Positions 1 to 8,791 of a DNA stretch of 64,000 nucleotides are shown here, piece after piece. Origin of the DNA: Candidatus Latescibacterota bacterium. GTDB lineage: Bacteria; Latescibacterota; UBA2968; UBA8231. The notes beneath the pieces were generated by a model. It ran no database searches, had not been told where the DNA came from, and saw only the letters and a list, made by a program, of their open reading frames with translations. The DNA lies in the NCBI GenBank assembly GCA_965215195.1, contig CBDCDC010000002.1:1376001-1440000 (forward strand). The letters are read 5' to 3'. A program made the translations under genes and the position numbers. Every line of letters begins with the position of its first letter. The stretch's first letter is position 1.

Positions 1-386
1 CCCGCATGTTTCGCGAGGCCGAAGAACTGGGGCTGCCGGAGCTACAGATTGCGGAAATCGGTACGAGGATGCGCGTCACCGTACCGTTGTCTGAGAGCAT
101 CGCGGCTCTAAAGGCCACCGAACAAGCTACCGAACAAGCTACCGAACAAGTAAGACGCATCCTTAACTGCCTCAAAAGTGAACCCTTGAGTGTCCGCGAG
201 GCCATGAATATCCTTGGATTGCACCATCGCCCCACGTTTCTCTACAACTACCTGCATCCGGTCTTAGATACCGGCCTCGTTGAAAGGACGCAGCCCGACT
301 CGCCGAGGAGTCCCCATCAGAAGTACCGCCTAACCGCAAGGGGAAAAAGGGTCCTCTGTCAGAGCGATCCAGCGGGAGCCGGATGA
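1..386 (+). CDS. C-terminal part of an ATP-binding/RecG-C-like transcriptional regulator with Fic-like C-terminal HTH (5' end probably outside window)
   Basis: TEQA repeat linker followed by 'YLHPVLDTGLVERTQPDSPRSPHQKYRLT', typical of Fic-C/HTH tails. Confidence 0.6.
   Translation, partial: RMFREAEELGLPELQIAEIGTRMRVTVPLSESIAALKATEQATEQATEQVRRILNCLKSEPLSVREAMNILGLHHRPTFLYNYLHPVLDTGLVERTQPDSPRSPHQKYRLTARGKRVLCQSDPAGAG
117..150 (+). repeat. 12-bp tandem repeat ACCGAACAAGCT x~3 (encodes TEQA)
   Basis: Direct reading of the sequence. Confidence 0.9.
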
Positions 387-415
387 CAGAGCTGTCGTTG
401 GAGAGGTGCTATGTA

Positions 416-1300
416 ACCAATGGTGCTAGTGGGCTACAAGCTAAATTCCGCGATGGACAAGCGGACGAATCCATTTTCATCGGGTTGCAACCCGTGCCAC
501 TGAACCAGCAGGTTGAAGGTGGCCATGGCAAAGCTCAGATGCGCTCTAAAGTAGGCCCAGGCTCGATGGGTCTGTCGCTTGAAGTGCCCGATGCGGGTCA
601 GCATGGAAAAGACGGTCTCGATGACCATACGCTCGCCCCACGTTTTGCGGGGACACACTTTCAGATTGGCCGGATCACCGGCTTTGGCATGAAAGCCTTG
701 GTCGCTGAGGAGGATCATCTGCTCTTCGTAGCGGCCAATCATCGGGTGAAAGACCGTATCGTGGACATTGGCGGTATTACAATCCCAATCGACGATCAAG
801 CCCCATTGGTTGACGATCAAGCCCAGCTTGCCGCCGACGATCCAGCGGTGATTGGACCGCCCTTTCCGGCCGATAGGGTGAGCGGAGCGGCCTTCGCGTA
901 CTGGATGGATCAACTCGATGCCATAGCTATCGATCACGCCTAAAGGGGTGGGGTCCGCTCGAAAGCGATCGGTCCAGTCCGCATGGGCGGCAAACAGGCG
1001 GAACAAGCGGGTGCGCTCGGGCAGGCGCGGAAAAAAGGCGCGCCAATCGCGCGCTACCCAGCGATAAAACGCCCGTTTGCCGCCCCCTTTGAGCGCATAC
1101 AGAACCGCCAAGGTCACCGTTTCGCTGGGATATAAGGCGGCTTGGGGGTGTTTGGGCACATCGCCCATCTGGTGGTCGATTCGACAGAACAGGGCTATTA
1201 TAAACTCGGCCGTGGTCATGGGACGCTCCTTCGCTGAAAGGGGGGATACCCTCAGCGTAGGAACTACCTTGACCACGGTCAACTCACTAGCACCATTGGT
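416..1300 (-). mobile_element. IS982-family insertion sequence (885 bp)
   Basis: 16-bp perfect TIR ACCAATGGTGCTAGTG (416-431) / CACTAGCACCATTGGT (1285-1300); 6-bp TSD TATGTA at 410-415 and 1301-1306; 5'-AC ends; DDE transposase inside. Confidence 0.9.
434..1219 (-). CDS. IS982-family DDE transposase
   Basis: MTTAEFIIALFCRID...SETVTLA...FPRLPERTRLFR, IDS, SDQGF and RMVIETVFS motifs; ATG at 1219 lies inside the TIRs. Confidence 0.85.
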   Translation of the reverse strand: MTTAEFIIALFCRIDHQMGDVPKHPQAALYPSETVTLAVLYALKGGGKRAFYRWVARDWRAFFPRLPERTRLFRLFAAHADWTDRFRADPTPLGVIDSYGIELIHPVREGRSAHPIGRKGRSNHRWIVGGKLGLIVNQWGLIVDWDCNTANVHDTVFHPMIGRYEEQMILLSDQGFHAKAGDPANLKVCPRKTWGERMVIETVFSMLTRIGHFKRQTHRAWAYFRAHLSFAMATFNLLVQWHGLQPDENGFVRLSIAEFSL

Positions 1301-1349
1301 TATGTACAAGTGCCCAAAACCCGCCAGCGGCCGTGCAAACGGCTAAATT

Positions 1350-2052
1350 GGCGTCGATTCGCTGAACCGAATCGTTGTCGCCGCCAAGGGGACTTGGGTT
1401 GACAATGCGAAAACGACTCTCGAATCTCCTACATGCCCTAAAGAGGAGATAATCGTGTTCAACGAAGAAAAGGCCACTGAACTGGCTGCCAGCATTCTGG
1501 CGTGGGGCGGCTCAATGAAGTTTATCAAGCTGCTCAAACTCATCTACCTAGCCGATCGCGAGGCATTGGACCGAGAAGGGCATAGCCTCTCCACGGATCG
1601 CTGGGTATCGATGAAACACGGCCCGGTGCCCATTCAGACGTACAATCTGATACACCAAGAAGACGACCCGGATCGCCATCCTGTGTGGAACCAGTACATC
1701 GAAAACCAAGCAGATTACTGCATCGGCCTAAAGAAAGAGATGGGAATAAACTACCTGTCTGAAGCGGAACGGACGATCGCCGAAGATGTCTGGAAGCAAT
1801 ACGGCCATCTGCCCCCTTGGGGTTCCAATGGTATTGTCGAGCTTACTCACCGCCTTCCCGAGTGGGAAAATCCCGCAGAAAATCCGCACGGTCCCCAAGC
1901 GACGCCCATCCCAGTCCAACGCATTTTGCTCGCCTTGAAGAAGAGCGACCAAGAAATACAAGCCATCTTGGAGCTGGAACAGACGGACGCTTGGCTGGAT
2001 AGGATCTTGGCGTGATACGGGCTGGCACCGGACGGCGTCGATTCGCTGAACC
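1350..2052 (+). repeat. 19-bp direct repeat GGCGTCGATTCGCTGAACC at 1350-1368 and 2034-2052 flanking the Panacea gene
   Basis: Two exact copies read from the sequence. Confidence 0.85.
1455..2015 (+). CDS. Panacea/SocA (DUF4065) antitoxin-domain protein
   Basis: KLLKLIYLADR, MKHGPV and LTHRLPEW motifs; RBS AGAGGAG before GTG. Confidence 0.85.
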   Translation: MFNEEKATELAASILAWGGSMKFIKLLKLIYLADREALDREGHSLSTDRWVSMKHGPVPIQTYNLIHQEDDPDRHPVWNQYIENQADYCIGLKKEMGINYLSEAERTIAEDVWKQYGHLPPWGSNGIVELTHRLPEWENPAENPHGPQATPIPVQRILLALKKSDQEIQAILELEQTDAWLDRILA

Positions 2053-2054
2053 AC

Positions 2055-2083
2055 TTGACAGCGCAAAGGCCCCCTTTTACTTT
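2055..2083 (+). promoter_or_regulatory. sigma70-type promoter of the trp operon
   Basis: TTGACA (2055-2060), 17-bp spacer, TACTTT (2078-2083), just upstream of the leader ORF. Confidence 0.7.
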
Positions 2084-2092
2084 TTGCTCGTT

Positions 2093-2173
2093 ATGAAATT
2101 TTCGTCTCACACTCGTCGCTGGTGGCGCGCTTGGCATTTCCCGAGCCGGGAGAGAGGCGCGTCCATCCGCTAG
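2093..2173 (+). CDS. trpL: trp operon leader peptide MKFSSHTRRWWRAWHFPSRERGASIR
   Basis: 26-codon ORF with tandem Trp-Trp plus a third Trp, between the promoter and the terminator upstream of trpE(G). Confidence 0.85.
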   Translation: MKFSSHTRRWWRAWHFPSRERGASIR

Positions 2174-2205
2174 ACTGCTAGACTGCGACGAGATGTTTTC
2201 AATCC

Positions 2206-2238
2206 AACGCGGACGCCCTCGGGTGTCCGCGTTTTTTT
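2206..2238 (+). terminator. trp attenuator intrinsic terminator
   Basis: AACGCGGACGCCC-TC-GGGTGTCCGCGTT hairpin followed by a T run; GCGTCC (2159-2164) can pair with GGACGC as antiterminator. Confidence 0.85.
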
Positions 2239-2254
2239 GTACTTGGAGAACGCT

Positions 2255-4432
2255 ATGACCATACACGCGGAAACCTTTCGCACGACCGGCGGCGTCGAAA
2301 TCAGGCGCGAGACCGAGGAATTGTCCATAGAAAAGCCGCTAGAGTCCCTGCTCGAACGGCTCAATACCTACCGAGGTGCCATCTTCGCCAGCGGCTACGA
2401 GTACCCAGGGCGGTATAGCCGCTGGGACATCGGCTTCGTCGATCCGCCGCTGGAGCTGGTGGCGCGCCAGCGCGACTTCGCCTTCCGGGCACTCAACGCC
2501 CGCGGCCAAGTGCTGCTAGAGATCGTCCGCCGAGGGCTTACTGGGCACGAGCACTTGGTCGCGCTGGAACTAGCCGAAGGCCAGCTCAAAGGCGCAGTGG
2601 CGCAGATGCCCGAGTACTTCGCGGAAGAGGAGCGCTCCAAGCAGCCGACGATCTTCAGCGTCCTGCGCGCCCTCGTGGCGCAGATGCGAGCCGCAGGCGA
2701 AAATCACTTGGGCTTTTACGGGGCACTGGGCTACGACCTAGTACTCCAGTTTGAGCCGCTCCAACTGCGCCACCCGCGCCGCAAAGACCGGCCCGATCTG
2801 CACCTATTTTTGCCCGACGAACTAGTAGTAGTAGATCACCGCAAGGAACAGGCGCGGCGTTACCGCTATGAATTTGCCGCCGACGGATTGTCGACCGAGG
2901 GTATGGAGCGCAGCACGGACGCCGTGCCCGCGGTGCGCGGCGCGGCAACCGCGATCGCCTGCGACCACGCCCCCGGGGAATACGCCGACAAGGTGCGCGA
3001 GGTCATCGCCGGTACTGAGCGCGGCGACTTCTTTGAGGTGACGCCGAGCCAGGTACTCAGCGCTGGCTATGCGGGCAGTCCACACGCCCTCTTTGAGAAC
3101 ATCCGCCGCACCAGCCCCAGCCCCTATGAGTTCTTCATCAACCTCGGCGACGAGTATCTGATCGGGGCTTCGCCCGAAATGTTCGTGCGGGTCAACGGGT
3201 CATTCGTGGAGACTTGTCCGATTGCCGGGACCATCGGCCGGGGCAAAACCGCGATGGAGGACGCCGAGCAGATCCGCGACCTGCTCAACTCAAAAAAGGA
3301 CGAGGCCGAGCTGAACATGTGTACGGACGTGGACCGCAACGACAAAGCGCGGATTTGCAAGGAAGGCTCGGTGCGGGTGGTCGGGCGGCGGATGATCGAA
3401 AAGTACTCAAAGGTCTTTCACACCGTGGACCAAGTCGTAGGCGAGCTGAAGGACGACTGCGACGGATTCGACGCCTTGCTGTCGCACATGTGGGCAGTGA
3501 CCCTTACCGGCGCACCCAAACCGGCGGCCATGCAGAAAATCGAGGAATTGGAAAATTCGGCGCGGCGTTGGTACGGGGGCTGCATCGGCATGTTGCTCTT
3601 CAGCGGCGAGATCAACACCGGGATCACCATCCGCACCGTACACTTGGAGGACGGCATTGCCCAAGTGCGGGCCGGGGCAACCCTACTCTGCGACTCGGAC
3701 CCCGACGCCGAGGAACGCGAGACGCGGGTCAAGGCCGAGACCTTTATCAACGCGGTGATCGGCGTGGACGATGCCGAGAAGAAGAGCACCCAAATCGCGA
3801 CTTCGGGCGAGGGCAAGCGGGTGCTCTTTGTGGATAACCGCGACTCTTTCGTCCACACGCTCGGCGACTACGTGCGGCAAACCGGGGCCGAAGTGGTTAC
3901 AGTGCGCGCCGAGCGGGCGCGCGACAGCAGCCGAGCGCGGGGCCTGCGCCACCCGGAGCGCGTCTTTGCCGAGGTGAATCCGGACTTGGTCTTCATCTCG
4001 CCCGGCCCGGGGACGCCCGAGGAGTTCGGCGTACCAACGCTGGTGAAGGAATGCGTGCGGCGCGCGCGGCCGGTCTTTGGCGTGTGCCTCGGGCTACAGG
4101 GCATCGTCCAAGCCTTTGGCGGCGAACTGGGCGTCTTGTCCTACCCTATGCACGGCAAGGAATCGACGGTCCGCTGCACACCCGCAGGGATCTTCGACGG
4201 GTTTCCCGCGGAATTCGTCGCTGGCCGCTACCACTCGCTCTACGCCGTGCCGGAGAAGTTGCCGGCGTGCCTGCGGGTTTTGGCGCAGACCGACGACGGG
4301 GTCATCATGGCCGTGGAGCACTGCGAATTGCCAATAGCGGCCGTGCAGTTTCATCCGGAGTCGATCCTGACGCTCAAGGACAATCTCGGCTTGCGCTTAA
4401 TCTCCGAGGTAGTAGGGAAGCTGGCGCGGTGA
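2255..4432 (+). CDS. trpE(G): Fused anthranilate synthase component I/II
   Basis: SPYEF, GASPEMFVR, PIAGT, TLTGAPK and RAGATLL motifs plus C-terminal GATase (SPGPG, GVCLG, QFHPES); RBS GGAGAA before ATG 2255. Confidence 0.95.
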   Translation: MTIHAETFRTTGGVEIRRETEELSIEKPLESLLERLNTYRGAIFASGYEYPGRYSRWDIGFVDPPLELVARQRDFAFRALNARGQVLLEIVRRGLTGHEHLVALELAEGQLKGAVAQMPEYFAEEERSKQPTIFSVLRALVAQMRAAGENHLGFYGALGYDLVLQFEPLQLRHPRRKDRPDLHLFLPDELVVVDHRKEQARRYRYEFAADGLSTEGMERSTDAVPAVRGAATAIACDHAPGEYADKVREVIAGTERGDFFEVTPSQVLSAGYAGSPHALFENIRRTSPSPYEFFINLGDEYLIGASPEMFVRVNGSFVETCPIAGTIGRGKTAMEDAEQIRDLLNSKKDEAELNMCTDVDRNDKARICKEGSVRVVGRRMIEKYSKVFHTVDQVVGELKDDCDGFDALLSHMWAVTLTGAPKPAAMQKIEELENSARRWYGGCIGMLLFSGEINTGITIRTVHLEDGIAQVRAGATLLCDSDPDAEERETRVKAETFINAVIGVDDAEKKSTQIATSGEGKRVLFVDNRDSFVHTLGDYVRQTGAEVVTVRAERARDSSRARGLRHPERVFAEVNPDLVFISPGPGTPEEFGVPTLVKECVRRARPVFGVCLGLQGIVQAFGGELGVLSYPMHGKESTVRCTPAGIFDGFPAEFVAGRYHSLYAVPEKLPACLRVLAQTDDGVIMAVEHCELPIAAVQFHPESILTLKDNLGLRLISEVVGKLAR

Positions 4433-4795
4433 TACGCATCTACGGAATCCGCGAGAAACTGGACCCGATCAAAGCCGAATTGTCGGATGTGATCAACGCC
4501 TGCATGGCCCGCCAACAAACGCGCCCAGCGGTTCTTCCCGCTGGCAAGGGACGATTTCTACTACCCAGCAGGGCGGACGGATGCGTACATCGCCATAGAG
4601 ATCCACTTGATTGAGGGCCGGTCGCAGCAAGCGTGCAAAAAGCTGATTCGCTTGCTCTTTGCACGCATTCAGGAAGAACTGGGCCTAGACCCCATCAACG
4701 TGGAAATTGTGATATTCGAAAGCCCGGCCTGTAATTTCGGCTTTCGCGGCGCGACCGGCGACGAGGCGGAATTGGACTACAAAATTGACGTGTAA
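4429..4795 (+). pseudogene. Tautomerase-family protein, frameshifted near 4510
   Basis: IRIYGIREKL...INACMA is in one frame; NKRAQRFFPL..DFYYPAGRTD..IEGRS..KKLIRLL..GFRG is in another; a short segment appears deleted. Confidence 0.7.
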
Positions 4796-4843
4796 GGCCC
4801 ATTTTTAGCGGTTGGTGGTTTTCCCATTGCACCCTGTACAACC

Positions 4844-5407
4844 ATGTTGCTGATACTTGATAACTACGACTCCTTTACCTACAATTTGGTGCATTATTTA
4901 GAGGAATTAGGGGCTGCAACCAAGGTCTTGCGCAACGACGAATTGACGGTCGCCGAAGCGGTTGCGCTCGCGCCCAAGCGCGTCGTTATCTCGCCCGGTC
5001 CTCGCGGCCCAGACCAAGCCGGAATTTCGTGCGCACTCGTCGAGCGGTTGGCCGGTGTGATTCCCATTTTAGGCGTGTGCTTGGGGCACCAAGCGATCGC
5101 CCAAGTTTGCGGCGGGCGCATCGTGCGGGCCAGCGAGATCGTCCACGGCCGCGCAACGCCGGTACGCCACGACGGTCGCACGCTGTTCGCCGGGTTGCCC
5201 AACCCACTCGTCGCCACTCGCTATCACTCGCTGGCCGTTGAGCAGGAAAGTTTACCTGAGTGCCTCGAAGTATCGGCCACGAGTGAGGATGGGACGATTA
5301 TGGGAATTCGGCACCGGCGCTGGCCCCTCGAAGGGGTGCAGTTTCACCCGGAATCGATCCTGACCATAGAAGGCAAACAACTGTTGGCCAATTTTCTTTG
5401 CTTATGA
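4844..5407 (+). CDS. trpG: Anthranilate/aminodeoxychorismate synthase component II (glutamine amidotransferase)
   Basis: DNYDSFTYNL, ISPGP, GVCLGHQ, RYHSL, QFHPES. Confidence 0.9.
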   Translation: MLLILDNYDSFTYNLVHYLEELGAATKVLRNDELTVAEAVALAPKRVVISPGPRGPDQAGISCALVERLAGVIPILGVCLGHQAIAQVCGGRIVRASEIVHGRATPVRHDGRTLFAGLPNPLVATRYHSLAVEQESLPECLEVSATSEDGTIMGIRHRRWPLEGVQFHPESILTIEGKQLLANFLCL

Positions 5408-5418
5408 GGAGCGCGAGC

Positions 5419-6429
5419 ATGATACAAGAAGCTATAAGAGACCTGATCGCCGGAGCAGACCTAGGGCGCGCCAAGACGCGGGCGGTGATGGACCAGATTA
5501 TGAGCGGCCAAGCCACCGACGCCCAGATCGGCGCGTTTCTCGTGGCCCTGCGGATCAAGGGCGAGACCATCGACGAGATCGTCGGCTGCGCCGAAGTCAT
5601 GCGCGAAAAAGCCACGCCGATAGCGACGGTGCGGTCCAATCTCATCGACACCTGCGGCACCGGCGGCGATGCTTCGGGCACCTTCAATATCTCTACTGCG
5701 GTAGCCTTTGTAGCCTGCGGTGCCGGCCTAGCGGTGGCCAAGCACGGCAACCGCTCCATATCGAGCCACTGCGGCTCGGCGGACGTGCTGGCCGCATTAG
5801 GGGTCAATATCGAAGCCGCGCCGGAAAAGGTCGGCGAGTGCATCGACGAAGTCGGCATTGGCTTCCTCTTCGCGGTGGCCTTGCACGGGGCGATGAAACA
5901 CGCCATCGGCCCGCGCCGGGAGTTAGCCACTCGCACGGTTTTTAACATCTTGGGGCCCCTGACCAATCCGGCCGGGGCCAAAAGGCAATTGTTCGGCGCG
6001 TTCGACGGCGCGTTGACCGAGTCGCTCGCCCGGGTGCTCGGGGAGTTGGGATCGGAGCGGGCCTTGGTAGTACACGGCTCGGACGGGCTGGACGAGATCA
6101 CCCTGACCGGGCCGACGCAGGCCAGCGAGCTTAGAGATGGGCAGATCAGTACGCGCCAGATTCATCCGGGGGATTTTGGCTTGCAGACCGTCTCCGCCGA
6201 CGCGCTCAAAGGCGGCGATGCGAATTACAATGCGCACATTCTGCGCGGGGTACTCGACGGCAAGGAGGGGCCGCAGCGCGACGTGGTGCTGCTCAACGCG
6301 GCCGCGGCCATCGTCGTTGGCGGGCGGGCCGAGGATATGAGCGCTGGTCTCGAAGTGGCCCGGGCGTCCATCGACTCGGGCAAGGCACGCCAGGCCTTGG
6401 ATCGCCTAATCGAGGTAAGCAACGCCTAA
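5419..6429 (+). CDS. trpD: Anthranilate phosphoribosyltransferase
   Basis: DTCGTGGD, FNIST, KHGNRS, GSADVL, RTVFNILGPLTNP, GLDE. Confidence 0.97.
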   Translation: MIQEAIRDLIAGADLGRAKTRAVMDQIMSGQATDAQIGAFLVALRIKGETIDEIVGCAEVMREKATPIATVRSNLIDTCGTGGDASGTFNISTAVAFVACGAGLAVAKHGNRSISSHCGSADVLAALGVNIEAAPEKVGECIDEVGIGFLFAVALHGAMKHAIGPRRELATRTVFNILGPLTNPAGAKRQLFGAFDGALTESLARVLGELGSERALVVHGSDGLDEITLTGPTQASELRDGQISTRQIHPGDFGLQTVSADALKGGDANYNAHILRGVLDGKEGPQRDVVLLNAAAAIVVGGRAEDMSAGLEVARASIDSGKARQALDRLIEVSNA

Positions 6430-6488
6430 CATCACCACCCACCCCGGCCGGAGCGGAAGTGCCCGGCCCACTCAAAGGAGAAGCGACC

Positions 6489-6716
6489 ATGACCGATTTG
6501 ATCCCCGACCCGCTAGCCGGAACCGTGCAGCAGATGGACAAGCGGCTCGACAGCATCGAGAGACGCCTCGACAGTATCGAGACCCACCAGCGCGAGAACG
6601 CCAATGCCGTCACCCAGCGCATCGATGCGTTGACGCGCTGGGTTATCGGCATCCAGCTAAGCACCTTTATCGCGCTGGTTGGCTTGCTGGTGGCGATCCT
6701 GTTGAAGCTACCCTAG
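6489..6716 (+). CDS. Small coiled-coil protein with C-terminal TM helix
   Basis: RBS AAGGAG; RLDSIE repeated; hydrophobic C-terminus. Confidence 0.7.
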   Translation: MTDLIPDPLAGTVQQMDKRLDSIERRLDSIETHQRENANAVTQRIDALTRWVIGIQLSTFIALVGLLVAILLKLP

Positions 6717-6728
6717 CCTCCAACCATA

Positions 6729-7508
6729 ATGGCCGACATCCTCAGCGAAATAGCCGCGTACAAGCGCGAATTCGTGGCCGCCCGCCAGCGCCAGCGCAGC
6801 CTAGCCGATGTGCGCGCTCATGCCCGCGACACGCCCATGCCAGCCGATTTCGCGGGTGTGTTGGCTGCGGACGGGATCGCCCTGATCGCCGAGGTCAAAA
6901 AAGCCTCGCCGTCCAAGGGCGTCATCCGCGCCGATTTCGACCCGGAGCGGATCGCCGATGCGTATGCGGCCAACGGTGCGCGCTGTCTTTCGGTATTGAC
7001 GGACGAGGCGTATTTTCAGGGGTGTGATGCGTATGTACAGATGGCTAAAGAAGTTGCGGGCTTGCCGGTGTTGCGCAAGGACTTCACCATCGACGAGTAC
7101 CAGATCTACGAAGCCCGCGTCATCGGTGCCGACGCCATTTTGCTGATCGCAGCCCTGATGGACTCCAGCCAGCTCGACGACTACTTGGGCCTAGCCGGCG
7201 AATTGGAATTAGACGCACTGGTCGAAGTCCACGATGGGGCGGAACTGGCGCGCGCCAAAGCAGCCGGGGCCCGGCTCGTCGGCGTCAACAACCGCGATCT
7301 GCGGACCTTTGCGACGACCTTGGAGACGACCTTCGCGCTTGTGGATCAGATGCCGGAGGGGGCTGTCGTCGTCAGCGAGAGCGGAATTGAAAACCGCGGC
7401 CATGTCGAGCGGCTCGCAGATGCGGGCGTCGATGCGATCTTGGTCGGCGAATCCCTGATGCGCGAAGCCGATATCGGGGCTAAAGTGAGGGAGTTACTAG
7501 GCACGTGA
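6729..7508 (+). CDS. trpC: Indole-3-glycerol-phosphate synthase
   Basis: IAEVKKASPSKG, LSVLTD, LRKDF, GVNNRDL, SESGI. Confidence 0.97.
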   Translation: MADILSEIAAYKREFVAARQRQRSLADVRAHARDTPMPADFAGVLAADGIALIAEVKKASPSKGVIRADFDPERIADAYAANGARCLSVLTDEAYFQGCDAYVQMAKEVAGLPVLRKDFTIDEYQIYEARVIGADAILLIAALMDSSQLDDYLGLAGELELDALVEVHDGAELARAKAAGARLVGVNNRDLRTFATTLETTFALVDQMPEGAVVVSESGIENRGHVERLADAGVDAILVGESLMREADIGAKVRELLGT

Positions 7509-8488
7509 AAAGACGAGTATTTTCGGGCATTCAGCCTTCGGGCCACCTCCACCTCGGCAACTACATCGGTGCCATCCGCAACTGGCTGGCAAACCTCGAT
7601 GGCCGCGACAATGTCTTCTGCGTGGTCGATCAGCACGCCATCACCGTTGACTACGACCCGGACGCACTGCGCGAGGGGACGCGCCAAGCGGTGGCCCTGT
7701 ACATGGCCTGTGGTCTCGATCCGGCCAAGTGCCGCCTTTTCGTGCAGTCGCACATCCCCGAACACACCGAGTTGGCTTGGCTTTTGACTTGTATCACGCC
7801 GATGGGCTGGCTGGAGCGGATGACCCAGTTCAAAGAACGGGTCGGCCCTCGGCGCGAGCGGGTCGGCACGGGGCTGTTCGTCTATCCGACGCTCATGGCC
7901 GCCGACATTTTGCTCTACCAGTCCCATGAGGTGCCCGTGGGCGACGATCAGAAACAGCACGTGGAACTGACGCGCGACATTGCCGAGCGCTTCAACCGCA
8001 AATTCGGTGAAGTGCTCACGGTGCCCGAACCGGTCATTCCCCAAGTTGGGGCGCGGATTATGGGACTGGACGACCCGACGGCGAAGATGTCCAAGTCGGC
8101 CACAGGACGCCACCACAGCATTGCTCTGCTCGACAGCCCGGACCAGGTGCGCAAGGCGATTATGCGCGCAGTGACCGATTCGCAGCAGGGCATTGTCTTC
8201 GATCCGCAGCGCCCCGGGCTGTACAACCTTCTGACAATCTACCAAGCATTGACCGGTAGCGGGCACGCCGAGATCGAGACGCATTTTGCCGGCAAGGGGT
8301 ACGGCGACTTAAAAAAGGAACTGGTCGAAGTAGTCATCGCCGAGATCGAGCCGCTCCAAGGCCGCTATCGGGAGTTGACGGCCGATCCCGCGTACATCGA
8401 CGAGGTACTCGCCACAGGCGTCGAGAGGCTGCGCCCGGTCGTTGACGCGACTATGGACGCGGTCCGTCGGGCCATGGGCCACCGATGA
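7505..8488 (+). CDS. trpS: Tryptophan--tRNA ligase
   Basis: SGIQPSG.LHLGNYIGA, YPTLMAADIL, VPVGDDQKQH, KMSKS. Confidence 0.97.
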   Translation: MKRRVFSGIQPSGHLHLGNYIGAIRNWLANLDGRDNVFCVVDQHAITVDYDPDALREGTRQAVALYMACGLDPAKCRLFVQSHIPEHTELAWLLTCITPMGWLERMTQFKERVGPRRERVGTGLFVYPTLMAADILLYQSHEVPVGDDQKQHVELTRDIAERFNRKFGEVLTVPEPVIPQVGARIMGLDDPTAKMSKSATGRHHSIALLDSPDQVRKAIMRAVTDSQQGIVFDPQRPGLYNLLTIYQALTGSGHAEIETHFAGKGYGDLKKELVEVVIAEIEPLQGRYRELTADPAYIDEVLATGVERLRPVVDATMDAVRRAMGHR

Positions 8489-8498
8489 GGGAGCAACT

Positions 8499-8762
8499 AT
8501 GAACCTGAGTGACTGGCGCGAACGCATAGATAGCATTGACCATCAGCTAATCGATCTGCTCAACGAGCGCATGCACTGCGCGCAGGAGATCGGGCGCATC
8601 AAAAAGGCCGCGGGAAAACCAATACGCGATCCCCAGCGCGAACTCGATGTGCTCGCCAAGGTCAAAGCCTACAATCAAGGACTAATTAAGGACGAGGCCC
8701 TAGAGGCACTCTACCGGCTGCTCATCGAAGTGACCACCAACTTCGAGCGCGAGGAGGCTTAG
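8499..8762 (+). CDS. Chorismate mutase (AroQ type)
   Basis: LSDWRERIDSIDHQLIDLLNER...IGRIK...IRDPQRE. Confidence 0.9.
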   Translation: MNLSDWRERIDSIDHQLIDLLNERMHCAQEIGRIKKAAGKPIRDPQRELDVLAKVKAYNQGLIKDEALEALYRLLIEVTTNFEREEA

Positions 8763-8791
8763 CCTTCTTCCGGAGGGCAGTCATCGTCGGC

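Noticed and set aside
383-943. 186-aa plus-strand ORF
   Set aside because: Antisense shadow of the IS982 transposase; the reconstructed pre-insertion ORF is short and has no recognisable motif.
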